Shown here: piece after piece, positions 11,103 to 19,726 of the stretch
How positions within the stretch are numbered: position 1 is the stretch's first letter
Layout: every line of letters starts with the position of its first letter
UHGV virus genome: UHGV-0060833
Reading direction: 5' to 3' (one strand)
Origin: a virus
DNA: 64,000 bases
Program-made: the position numbers and the translations under genes
Notes under the pieces: generated by a model
Databases searched by the model: none
What the model was told of the DNA's origin: nothing
The model's input: only the letters and a program-made list of their open reading frames with translations

Positions 11103-11642
11103 CTACCACCAACTGCTAGCTTTCTTCTCTCTAGCTTTTCCTTCGCTTTGCAGTAAATCTTTACTTCCTGTAGAAATATTTCTATTTGCATCAGCCTCAG
11201 ACTGAATTACATCTGTCTTAGCTGCTCTCTCCTTCAACTCCTGCTCTATAAAATCGTTTTCTCGCTGGACACGAGCCGCTTTTGCTTGCAGTTCGAGTTT
11301 CATGCTTTCGAGTTGCAGCTTGCGAAGCTCATCCTCATAAGCTTGATCTCGCTTCTTGTCATTTGCTAGCTCGGCTTCTCGTTTCGCTCTACGTTCATTT
11401 TCTGCAGCAACACGCTGTTTTTCGCGTGCAGCAGCGGCAGATGCTGCTTTTTCTCTTCTAATACGTTCAGCTTGTGCTTGTTGGCGAATAAGTTCTTTTC
11501 TGGCATCCTCAGCTTGCTGCTCTTTAGCTCGCCCTTCATTTTCCGCTTGAGCAATAGCAGCAATTTGACTTTGCAACGAGTTAGCCAAGGCAGTGCCTAC
11601 ACTAAACGTAGAAAAGATTAGAAATAAAATAATTTTATTCAT
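11103..11642 (-). CDS. Secreted coiled-coil protein (signal peptide plus Ala/Glu/Arg/Lys-rich helix)
   Basis: 179 aa; N-terminus MNKIILFLIFSTFSVGTALA resembles a signal peptide; rest is highly charged and helical; AT-rich codon usage. Confidence 0.55.
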   Translation of the reverse strand: MNKIILFLIFSTFSVGTALANSLQSQIAAIAQAENEGRAKEQQAEDARKELIRQQAQAERIRREKAASAAAAREKQRVAAENERRAKREAELANDKKRDQAYEDELRKLQLESMKLELQAKAARVQRENDFIEQELKERAAKTDVIQSEADANRNISTGSKDLLQSEGKAREKKASSWW

Positions 11643-11645
11643 AAA

Positions 11646-12167
11646 TTATTTCTTTTCTGGACAAGTAGCATTTGGCTGAATTCGAGTTTCATTATCTTTA
11701 GTTGAAATAAGCACAGCAAGCCCCGTTGTAAACTGGCATGCTTTACCAACTTGAGTTGAAGTGAACACCTTAGTTCCTTCTTTATAAGTCAGTGAAACAC
11801 CTTCAACAATTGTTTTATCACTAACCAAAGAACCAGCCGCTGCACCAAGAGCCGCACCACCAGTACCGCCAGCTACAGCACCCAGTGTCGATGTGCCTTT
11901 AACATTATAACCGGCAACGCCCCCAGCAACAGCTCCCAGTACCGCACCAAATGTCTGTGCCGCTTCTTTATTAGCTTTATTATCAACTTTCACTTTAGCT
12001 GGAAGCACAGAGATAATATTGACTGTCTTTGTTTCCTGCTTCGAATTCAATTGAGCGGTATCATAAACATCGGCAGCATAATCAGCACCGCTAGATTGAC
12101 ACCCAGAAAGAAGAATTGCAGATACAACAAGAGCGCATAAAGTATACTTTTTAGACATAAGAATCAT
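11646..12167 (-). CDS. Lipoprotein with glycine-zipper segments
   Basis: 173 aa; lipobox LLSGC; GAVLGAVAGGVAG / GAVAGGTGGAALGAAAG glycine-zipper stretches; 3-nt gap to the downstream gene. Confidence 0.55.
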   Translation of the reverse strand: MILMSKKYTLCALVVSAILLSGCQSSGADYAADVYDTAQLNSKQETKTVNIISVLPAKVKVDNKANKEAAQTFGAVLGAVAGGVAGYNVKGTSTLGAVAGGTGGAALGAAAGSLVSDKTIVEGVSLTYKEGTKVFTSTQVGKACQFTTGLAVLISTKDNETRIQPNATCPEKK

Positions 12168-12448
12168 CCCAGAAAAACAAAAACCGGCGAGAAGTTACCA
12201 CGAGAACGGAAAGTAAACAAGAATACTCCCATTGACTTATATCAATTAATCAACTTTTTATAAGCTATCCCTAACTTATTGTGTATAGCTGAAAAGTCAG
12301 AGACAAGTTCACCATCTGCATTATTTCTTAAGTTAATAGTTTATTGCTAACTTAATTTATGTATCGACTATTGATATCCATCTTAAAGTTACAATATCCA
12401 TCTGCATTATTTTTCATCACAAATAATATATCTATTGCACGACACTAA

Positions 12449-12465
12449 TCTGCTCTAATAAATTT
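12449..12465 (+). promoter_or_regulatory. C1 repressor operator-like site (immunity-I region, Op51-like)
   Basis: tctgctctaataaattt matches ATTGCTCTAATAAATTT at 15/17; lies upstream of the c4/icd/ant region. Confidence 0.65.
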
Positions 12466-12644
12466 GTATTTTTAAGTCGCGAATGCTATCTTTTTGCATC
12501 ATATTGACCTTTTAATCGTTCAGGCTTATAGTTTCGCCGTCGTAGCAAATTCTGCGACCGGGTTTAGCAGCCTGAATACTTACGCGGACAACCGCAGATT
12601 TCCGATATTGCGGTATTTTTGTGTCCGTAAACCACGTTACGCCC

Positions 12645-12725
12645 GAATTATGGTGGGGCGTGATGGGGAGGCTTCGGCCTGCTGGTTTCGTAAGTGCCAG
12701 TCTGCTAACCCCGTCACGTCCTGCC
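12645..12725 (+). ncRNA. c4: c4-like antisense repressor RNA (approximate bounds)
   Basis: Non-coding stretch upstream of icd with a UUCG-loop hairpin (gaggcttcggcctg). Motif ctgctaaccc (12693-12703) is complementary to gtttagcag at 12563-12571 and 12733-12741; cggcct (12673-12678) is complementary to the icd ribosome-binding region aggccg (~12766). Confidence 0.4.
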
Positions 12726-12777
12726 ACCTGTTTAGCAGCGGGTCGCAGGTTGTTTATCAACTTACGAGGCCGTAACT

Positions 12778-12999
12778 ATGGTTAATGCCAATCCTTGCGC
12801 ACGCCAAGAATTCATCTGGCGTTTCTATTCCTGCAAAAAACACCACTATCACTTCGTCATCGCAGCAACAGAAGACGAAGCACGCTCTCAATTGCCTGAT
12901 GGCCCCTGCATTTTTACTGCCCGTTTTTCAACTAACTCGCGCAATTCACTTAGTTACTGGAACCTCCCCTTCTCTGCCGACGTTCAGGGGGTTTTATGA
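12778..12999 (+). CDS. icd: Icd-like small protein
   Basis: 73-aa ORF immediately upstream of and overlapping (ATGA) the antirepressor gene; matches the P1 icd-ant arrangement. Confidence 0.7.
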   Translation: MVNANPCARQEFIWRFYSCKKHHYHFVIAATEDEARSQLPDGPCIFTARFSTNSRNSLSYWNLPFSADVQGVL

Positions 13000-14039
13000 A
13001 AAAACCTCTCGTCACCCGTAATGACATAGCCGAAGCGATCGCCCTGCATACTGCCTGTATGCCGACACGGGAGATCCCCGGCGCAATTGCCAACTATTTC
13101 ATGATAACCAGACGTTTTTATACCCGAACAGATAAGGCTGTGATCAACAGGCTACTGATAGCCGAGATCAGGGATTATTTGATTGAACAAGGACGTCTAC
13201 GTTACGCAACGGTGGCAGCAGAAATGAGAAAGGAGGCACATAGAATGACCAGTAATAATTTGAATGTTAAAAAACCAGCATCTGTTGCTTCAGCTACGCC
13301 ATCACCAGCTGTGAATGTTATCTCCAACACTGGAGACACAATCGACAGCCAGACGCTGTTAAAGATGGTCAATGAAGCGCGTAAGTTATGTGGGGAACCA
13401 GAGGTTCGGAACAACAAATTCATCAAAAAAATACTCGACGAATTAGAAGGTGAGGACGGTTACACAAAAAGTGCAACCGTGCCGCCAGGTGGCGGTACGC
13501 CTATGGTTGTCATAACCATGACCTACAAACAAGCCCTGCGAGTCGCCGCGCGCGAGTCAAAAGCAGTCCGCCGTTCGCTGATCGACAAACTGGAAGAATT
13601 GCAGCAGGCAAACTCCCCTGCCCCATCGATCCCCCAGACATTACCAGAAGCCCTACGCCTGGCTGCCGAGTTAGCAGAACAGAAAATGCAGTTGGAACAA
13701 CAGCTGGTGGCCGCAGCCCCTAAAGTCGATTTTGCCGACCGGGTATCAGTGGCCAATGGAATCCTGATCGGGAACTTTGCAAAGGTCGTTGGACTTAAGC
13801 AAAACGCCCTTTTCTCATGGTTGCGCCAGAACGGCATTCTCATGGCTTTTGGTGCGCGCAAAAACGTACCGCGCCAACAGTACATCAACGCCGGGTATTT
13901 CACAGTGAAAGAAGTGGTGCTGGATGATGAAAATGGCTACCAGATACGGCTGACGCCCCAATTAACGGGTAAAGGCCAGCAGTGGTTAACTCGCAAGCTA
14001 CTTGATGCTGGTTTGTTAAAACCAGTAGCAATAGGTTAA
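12996..14039 (+). CDS. ant1: Antirepressor Ant1 (an in-frame Ant2 start may lie inside)
   Basis: 347 aa; C-terminal ~135 aa is clearly homologous to the KilA C-terminus (PQTLPEALRLAAELAEQK...GKGQQWL..LLDAG). Confidence 0.75.
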   Translation: MKKPLVTRNDIAEAIALHTACMPTREIPGAIANYFMITRRFYTRTDKAVINRLLIAEIRDYLIEQGRLRYATVAAEMRKEAHRMTSNNLNVKKPASVASATPSPAVNVISNTGDTIDSQTLLKMVNEARKLCGEPEVRNNKFIKKILDELEGEDGYTKSATVPPGGGTPMVVITMTYKQALRVAARESKAVRRSLIDKLEELQQANSPAPSIPQTLPEALRLAAELAEQKMQLEQQLVAAAPKVDFADRVSVANGILIGNFAKVVGLKQNALFSWLRQNGILMAFGARKNVPRQQYINAGYFTVKEVVLDDENGYQIRLTPQLTGKGQQWLTRKLLDAGLLKPVAIG

Positions 14040-14117
14040 CAAAAGAAAAAAACCTGCCAGCAAACTGGCAGGTTTCTGAGCAGATCGTCCAACCCGATCT
14101 GGATCGAGTCAGAAAAA

Positions 14118-14134
14118 TTTGCTCTAATAAATTT
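14118..14134 (+). promoter_or_regulatory. C1 operator-like site upstream of kilA-repL (Op53-like)
   Basis: tttgctctaataaattt, 16/17 match to the operator consensus. Confidence 0.7.
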
Positions 14135-14203
14135 CGTTTTCTAAGTGCAAAGAATCACCATTTCGAGCTGGTGATTGAAGGTTGATGCAAATTTGGAGAA
14201 AAA

Positions 14204-15004
14204 ATGCAACAAACATTCAATGCGGATATGAATATATCAAACCTTCATCAAAATGTCGATCCTTCAACCACTCTGCCTGTTATTTGTGGTGTTGAAATTA
14301 CGACCGACCGCGCTGGCCGTTACAACCTTAATGCTCTACACAGAGCGAGCGGACTCGGTGCCCATAAAGCGCCAGCTCAATGGCTAAGAACGCTGTCAGC
14401 CAAACAGCTCATTGAAGAGCTTGAAAAAGAAACTATGCAGAATTGCATAGTTTCGTTCGAAGGCCGTGGCGGCGGCACTTTTGCACATGAATTGCTCGCA
14501 GTGGAGTACGCAGGTTGGATTTCTCCCGCGTTTCGGCTGAAGGTAAACCAGACATTTATCGACTATCGAGCTGGAAGATTACAACCTGCTATTCCGCAGA
14601 GCCTCCCAGAAGCTCTCCGTTTGGCTGCTGACCTGGCAGAGCAAAAGCAACGGCTGGAGCAAAAAATGCTGATGGATGCACCTAAAGTCGAATTCGCCGA
14701 ACGCGTTGCTACCGCCAGCGGGGTTCTAATCGGCAACTATGCCAAAGTGCTCGGCCTGGGCCAAAACTATCTCTTCACCTGGTTGCGTGATAACGGAATT
14801 CTGATCGCAACCGGTGAACGCAGGAACGTCCCCAAACAAGAATACATATCCCGTGGGTATTTCACCCTTAAAGAAACCGTGATCGATACAAGCAATGGAA
14901 GCAGGATTTCTTTCACGACTCGTATAACCGGCAAAGGTCAGCAGTGGCTGATGAAGCGATTGCTTGATGCTGGTGTGCTGGTACCTGTCGCGGCAACGCG
15001 CTAA
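14204..15004 (+). CDS. kilA: KilA (KilA-N domain plus Ant-type C-terminal domain)
   Basis: 266 aa; C-terminus paralogous to Ant1; sits between the operator and repL. Confidence 0.75.
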   Translation: MQQTFNADMNISNLHQNVDPSTTLPVICGVEITTDRAGRYNLNALHRASGLGAHKAPAQWLRTLSAKQLIEELEKETMQNCIVSFEGRGGGTFAHELLAVEYAGWISPAFRLKVNQTFIDYRAGRLQPAIPQSLPEALRLAADLAEQKQRLEQKMLMDAPKVEFAERVATASGVLIGNYAKVLGLGQNYLFTWLRDNGILIATGERRNVPKQEYISRGYFTLKETVIDTSNGSRISFTTRITGKGQQWLMKRLLDAGVLVPVAATR

Positions 15005-15033
15005 CAGACGTAGTAAGAACCACCAGCATTGTA

Positions 15034-15879
15034 ATGCTGGCTAAAGTCACTTTCCTGAGCTGTATAACGATGAGCGATTTTACTTTTTCTGGCTATGAAT
15101 TGGCTTGCTTTGTAACACACTCCGGTCTATCCCGTAGCGCCGGGCATATCCTGTCGCAATGTGCAAATCTCGCGGCAACAACCAGTGAATACTTCATTCA
15201 CAAGCCTCACCGCTTGATCGCGGCAGAAACTGGTTATAGCCAATCAACCGTCGTTCGTGCATTCCGTGAAGCTGTAAACAAAGGAATCCTGTCTGTAGAG
15301 ATTGTTATCGGCGATCACCGTGAACGTCGCGCTAACCTGTACCGGTTTACACCATCCTTTTTGGCCTACGCACAACAAGCCAAAAATGCGCTGATTGAAA
15401 GCAAATTAAAGATCTCTTCAGCCGCAACCAAGGTTAAAGCTGTTCTCGCTAAGACATTGGCTTTATTTAATTTTTTATCCACACCCCCATGTCAAAATGA
15501 TACCCCCTCCCCCTGTCAGGATGACGTGGCAATAAAGAATAAGAAGTCACAAGTTAAAAAAACAAAAAGATCAGTTTCCGGCGGTGCCGGAACGACCAGA
15601 CTCAAAAAATTGACTTCATGGATCGCTGAGGCAAAAGCAAAGGCTGACAATCTGCGGTTATCCAAAAAACGCGCTCAAAAACATGAGTTCAAGCAGAAAG
15701 TAGAGGCGGCAGCGCGGAAATATGCTTACCTGAAGAACAAGCGTTCTCCTGATATTGACGGGGTATCAAACTTCGATAATTTGCCGCATTGCATGACGGT
15801 AAACGAAGCTCTTAATGCGGTTTTAGCCAAAAATAAAGATAACGAACAATGGGGTATACCGGCAGGATTCAGAGGGTAA
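15034..15879 (+). CDS. repL: RepL lytic replication initiator (oriL expected inside the gene)
   Basis: 281-aa ORF directly downstream of kilA; N-terminal HTH-like segment; basic C-terminus. Confidence 0.75.
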   Translation: MLAKVTFLSCITMSDFTFSGYELACFVTHSGLSRSAGHILSQCANLAATTSEYFIHKPHRLIAAETGYSQSTVVRAFREAVNKGILSVEIVIGDHRERRANLYRFTPSFLAYAQQAKNALIESKLKISSAATKVKAVLAKTLALFNFLSTPPCQNDTPSPCQDDVAIKNKKSQVKKTKRSVSGGAGTTRLKKLTSWIAEAKAKADNLRLSKKRAQKHEFKQKVEAAARKYAYLKNKRSPDIDGVSNFDNLPHCMTVNEALNAVLAKNKDNEQWGIPAGFRG

Positions 15880-16047
15880 TGAATTGTTCTAATTATAACC
15901 ATGCATACTTTCAACGCCTCTAGTTTGCCATGAGGCAAACTCATAGGCGTCCTGGTAAGAGGGCACTGTTGCCAAAACTGGACGTCCCATTATTGCAATT
16001 AATAAACAACTAACGGACAATTCTACCTAACAATAAGTGGAGTTAAC

Positions 16048-16752
16048 ATGTTGAACCGAAGAACATTTAATGTATTCTGCGATGAATCCTGTCACCTACT
16101 AAATGATCATAATAAAGTCATGGTATTGGGTGCGCTTTGGTGCCCTGGCACTATCACAAAAAAAATTGCTAGAGACATCAAGGAATTAAAATTAAAACAC
16201 AATCTAAAACCTGATTTCGAAATCAAGTGGACTAAAGTATCTGCGTCCAAGGTTGAATTTTACTTAGATGTCGTAGATTACTTCTTCAGCAACCCAGCAT
16301 TGCGCTTTAGAGGTGTTGTTGTTCCTGATAAAGAGCAACTGGACCATGCTCGATTCCATCAAGATCATAATACTTTCTATTATAAGATGTTTTTTTATGT
16401 CTTAAAAAACATAATAGAAAGTAACAACACATACAATATCTACCTAGATATAAAAGATACTTTAGGTATTGAAAAAATTGAGAAATTAAGAGGAGTTCTT
16501 CACAATGATCGCTATGATTACAATCATGAGTCGATAAACAGAATTCAACATATACGATCTCATGAAGTGCAACAATTGCAGCTAACGGATCTTTTCATTG
16601 GTGCGTTAGGCTACGTTCATCGAGGAATGAATAGCAACGCGGGAAAAATCCAAGTCATAAACAGGATAAAATCACATACAAACAGGGATTTACTAAAAAG
16701 CACTCTTCCAACAGAAAGTAAATTTAATATTTTCGTGTGGGAGGCTCGCTGA
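16048..16752 (+). CDS. DUF3800-like protein (function unknown)
   Basis: 234 aa; N-terminal VFCDESCH and C-terminal QLQLTDLFIGALG motifs that I recognise as DUF3800-type; strongly AT-rich; good ribosome-binding site (aagtggag). Confidence 0.55.
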   Translation: MLNRRTFNVFCDESCHLLNDHNKVMVLGALWCPGTITKKIARDIKELKLKHNLKPDFEIKWTKVSASKVEFYLDVVDYFFSNPALRFRGVVVPDKEQLDHARFHQDHNTFYYKMFFYVLKNIIESNNTYNIYLDIKDTLGIEKIEKLRGVLHNDRYDYNHESINRIQHIRSHEVQQLQLTDLFIGALGYVHRGMNSNAGKIQVINRIKSHTNRDLLKSTLPTESKFNIFVWEAR

Positions 16753-17216
16753 TGCTTCAAATGCCAGATTTATTGTACTTCAATGGAAGTTGGCAAGAGT
16801 ATATAGACGATGTATATTATGTTGTCAGAGAAGACATTTTAATCTCTAATATAACGTTTAAGGGTCTCCCTGTTCGGTTACGTTATTCACCGGAATATGA
16901 TGGGAAAGAGTTCGGATTTTGGCATTTAGTATCAGAGGGAAAAATAGAAGAAGAACGAATACCTGATCTTGAACGGTGTAAGCGGATCCGCTGGATCGCG
17001 CATATGATAAGGAATTATAACCATTCCGATATATCATGTTGGTCTGAAAGACGAGGACCAACTGAAGAATGGGTAATCTGGAACGAGTGTGAAAACTACG
17101 TTGTTGTGCTATCCGCACGTAGAGACTATTGGCTTCTTAAAACAGCCTATGTTGTAACCTATAACAGTAAAATCAGAACACTCAAACAAAGCAGAAAAAG
17201 AGCGCTTGGGACATAA
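16752..17216 (+). CDS. Hypothetical protein, translationally coupled to the upstream gene
   Basis: TGATG stop/start overlap with 16048-16752; 154 aa from ATG 16752; AT-rich; hairpin at 17224-17253 follows. Confidence 0.5.
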   Translation: MLQMPDLLYFNGSWQEYIDDVYYVVREDILISNITFKGLPVRLRYSPEYDGKEFGFWHLVSEGKIEEERIPDLERCKRIRWIAHMIRNYNHSDISCWSERRGPTEEWVIWNECENYVVVLSARRDYWLLKTAYVVTYNSKIRTLKQSRKRALGT

Positions 17217-17382
17217 AAAAGCTGAACCCGACACATATTGCTATGTATCGGGTTCGATCGCTCTTTCTACACATGGTAGATGAGTAAGGCAAATCTAACC
17301 GATCTACTTTAGCTTTTCAATAGCTAGCTATAACTTTCCGCACATATTCTTCTGATAATTCCAGTATGGCTGTTGGGTTTTC

Positions 17383-17679
17383 TTATGCTTTTCTGCGCAG
17401 AGGTGCACATTTATTCAGCAACAATAAATGTAATTCTTTGTTATTCCTAAGTATTTCGACACACCAATATCGTAACGTGTTCACTTCAAGTGTAGCCAGC
17501 ACCTTATGTCGAAGTCCTCCCTCCCCTGCACATAACGATGACCGACATTCTGCTAAGGCACATAACCATGTATTGGCATCATAGAGAATCCAATAATGCT
17601 CCTCTGAAATAGTTTTGCATCCAATTATTTCGAATCTTCGTTCTATCGTTTCAGGAGAGTATGAAAAATCAATTTCCAT
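17383..17679 (-). CDS. Hypothetical small Cys-containing protein
   Basis: 98-aa ORF convergent with the two preceding genes; weak ribosome-binding site; terminator immediately upstream. Confidence 0.35.
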   Translation of the reverse strand: MEIDFSYSPETIERRFEIIGCKTISEEHYWILYDANTWLCALAECRSSLCAGEGGLRHKVLATLEVNTLRYWCVEILRNNKELHLLLLNKCAPLRRKA

Positions 17680-17716
17680 AATATGCTCAAAATTTCGCTA
17701 TACCAGCATAATTTAA

Positions 17717-17747
17717 GCACAAAAAAAGCTCCCGCAGGAGCTTTAAA
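17717..17747 (-). terminator. Intrinsic terminator (bidirectional shape) ending the structural operon
   Basis: aaaaaaagctcccgcaggagctttaaaa: GC hairpin flanked by an A-run and a T-rich run. Confidence 0.55.
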
Positions 17748-17763
17748 ATACAAGGGATGACTC

Positions 17764-18273
17764 TTAATCCCACTCAATCCAGTTGTAAACGATACGAAGT
17801 GACGGGCGCACAGCGGCAGTCACATCTTCGGTACTAAAGTCGATTGCATCACTGTAGATTTTGCAGTCCAACATTTCAATTGTTGTAGCAGCTTTTGTCA
17901 CAGCGTTAACCCCGGAAGATTTGGATTCAGGGGTCGCAGCCATCGTGATATCAACATAGTCCTTCGCCGCAATGCGATCTTTAATGAACTGAAGAATATC
18001 GCCTTCGATAGTCTCCACGCACTGGACCTGGATTTCCCCGGAGTTACGGATTGGACCGTGCTGGTTGAACTTCACACCATTCGGACCATAGTCCTCCACA
18101 TCCTCGCGGGTCATTTCAGGAATTTGCGACGTGCGAACCAGTACGCTGATATCTTCATGGCCTGCAAAAGTGAGCTGGAATTCAGAAGATACCAGTCGTT
18201 CGCCTTTGGCCGCGTTGGCAGTATAGCGGCCCTTAATAAATTTACGGTTTCCCTTAGTGTTATTGTGCCCCAT
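17764..18273 (-). CDS. Tail structural protein (tube or baseplate candidate)
   Basis: 169-aa ORF at the end of the structural operon, followed by the terminator. Confidence 0.45.
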   Translation of the reverse strand: MGHNNTKGNRKFIKGRYTANAAKGERLVSSEFQLTFAGHEDISVLVRTSQIPEMTREDVEDYGPNGVKFNQHGPIRNSGEIQVQCVETIEGDILQFIKDRIAAKDYVDITMAATPESKSSGVNAVTKAATTIEMLDCKIYSDAIDFSTEDVTAAVRPSLRIVYNWIEWD

Positions 18274-18284
18274 ATAAAATCCTT

Positions 18285-18866
18285 TTACTGGAACGCCCGA
18301 ACAATATCGGAGCTGTTATATATCGAAGAACCGGTCAACTGGAGGTTGACGGTGTTTTTCAGGAAATGCCCATTGCTGTCCCTGGGCGCATCGAGATCGA
18401 AACTTATGTCCTGGATAGCGACATCAATGATGTTGATCCGGCGACCAATGTTTAGCGTCACACGCTCCGGGATTCGACCACCAATACTGGCATCTTTAAG
18501 TTCCGGGCTAATCATCGCTGACAATGCGGCGATAGCTCCTGAAACCTCCGTGAATGGGTCAAACAAAGCGATGAAAGTTACTGGCAGCGTGAAAGTCGGC
18601 GGTGTTCCCCCTTCCCAAACCATTAAGCTGTTCCAACGGGCAACCGACGTTGTTTCAGTACCAACCTGCGCAAAACCACTGAAGGCACCAGCAACAGATC
18701 CCATGGACATACCGGTAAACGGCGCTTCCCAATTCTGGGCCATGTTCATTGCCGCTCCCTGGCTGATATATCCGGTAACCTGGTACTGAGAGTTCGTTAA
18801 AGTAACTTTCAGATATGGCGATACACCGTCAGCCTGGCTGTAAACCCCATAAGGTATAGGTGCCAT
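18285..18866 (-). CDS. Tail structural protein (tube candidate)
   Basis: 193 aa; composition consistent with a small beta-rich virion protein; downstream of the sheath-like gene. Confidence 0.45.
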   Translation of the reverse strand: MAPIPYGVYSQADGVSPYLKVTLTNSQYQVTGYISQGAAMNMAQNWEAPFTGMSMGSVAGAFSGFAQVGTETTSVARWNSLMVWEGGTPPTFTLPVTFIALFDPFTEVSGAIAALSAMISPELKDASIGGRIPERVTLNIGRRINIIDVAIQDISFDLDAPRDSNGHFLKNTVNLQLTGSSIYNSSDIVRAFQ

Positions 18867-18901
18867 TCAAGTTAAAGGCCGGAGTTCTCCGGCCTCCTCC
18901 T

Positions 18902-19717
18902 TTAGCCAAGGCGCTTACGGCGCAGTTTCATTGACTTTTTGCGGGCAAGTTTTGCCGCGCCGGTCTGGGCTTTTCGACGCGCTTTTTTCAGCGCCGATTT
19001 TTGAGCCGCAGTCAGACGTTTTTTACGCAGGCGTTTACGGATGAGTTTGATCTCACCGTTACGAACAACCTTCTTAAATGCTTCAGTCAGCATTTCATCA
19101 GAAGTGCCAGCAACAACAAACGCCGCTTCCAGTTCGTCGCGGTCGTCGCTATCTAAACCAGCGATAGAGGCACCAACATCAGCAGCAGCGTCGTCGTCTT
19201 CATCGTCAGCCAGTGCTTCGATCAGGTCATCATCTACACCGCATGCTGCGAGGAAGTCAGCAACATTTGCCCATGCTTCGTTATAGGCATCGTCCTGTTC
19301 TTCTGTAACTTCGGAGTCGTCGTCATCAGAGATACCAGCGATAGCCTGAACGAAACCATCAAGGGAGTCGAAAGTCAGATCACCGCTATCAGCCCAGGCG
19401 AAAACGGCGTCGGCCGCATCACTCAACGCATTCTGCATAGCACTTCGATTTGCAGCTTCCAGAATCATCTGGTGCGCCTGTTCGACGGTCCATTCTTTAC
19501 CGTCTTTCCCTTCCAGGATTTGCTCAGGAGCCGGGGCAGATGGAACGTTATCGTTAGTCTGTGCCGCCGGTTCCGGATTATTATTAATAACCGGATCTGT
19601 TGGCGGTTCGGCGCTTGCTCGGGCAGACTCCATCAGCTGCACAGGATCAGAGTTCAAAGCGAAACGGGACAGTCCATTCCCCAAAAATGCCCCGGATTGA
19701 AAAAAGTTTTTGCTCAT
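18902..19717 (-). CDS. Acidic protein with a basic C-terminal tail (scaffold or internal-protein candidate)
   Basis: 271 aa; long Asp/Glu-rich stretches and a C-terminal KKRLRKKRLTAAQK... basic segment. Confidence 0.45.
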   Translation of the reverse strand: MSKNFFQSGAFLGNGLSRFALNSDPVQLMESARASAEPPTDPVINNNPEPAAQTNDNVPSAPAPEQILEGKDGKEWTVEQAHQMILEAANRSAMQNALSDAADAVFAWADSGDLTFDSLDGFVQAIAGISDDDDSEVTEEQDDAYNEAWANVADFLAACGVDDDLIEALADDEDDDAAADVGASIAGLDSDDRDELEAAFVVAGTSDEMLTEAFKKVVRNGEIKLIRKRLRKKRLTAAQKSALKKARRKAQTGAAKLARKKSMKLRRKRLG

Positions 19718-19726
19718 TGTATTCCC

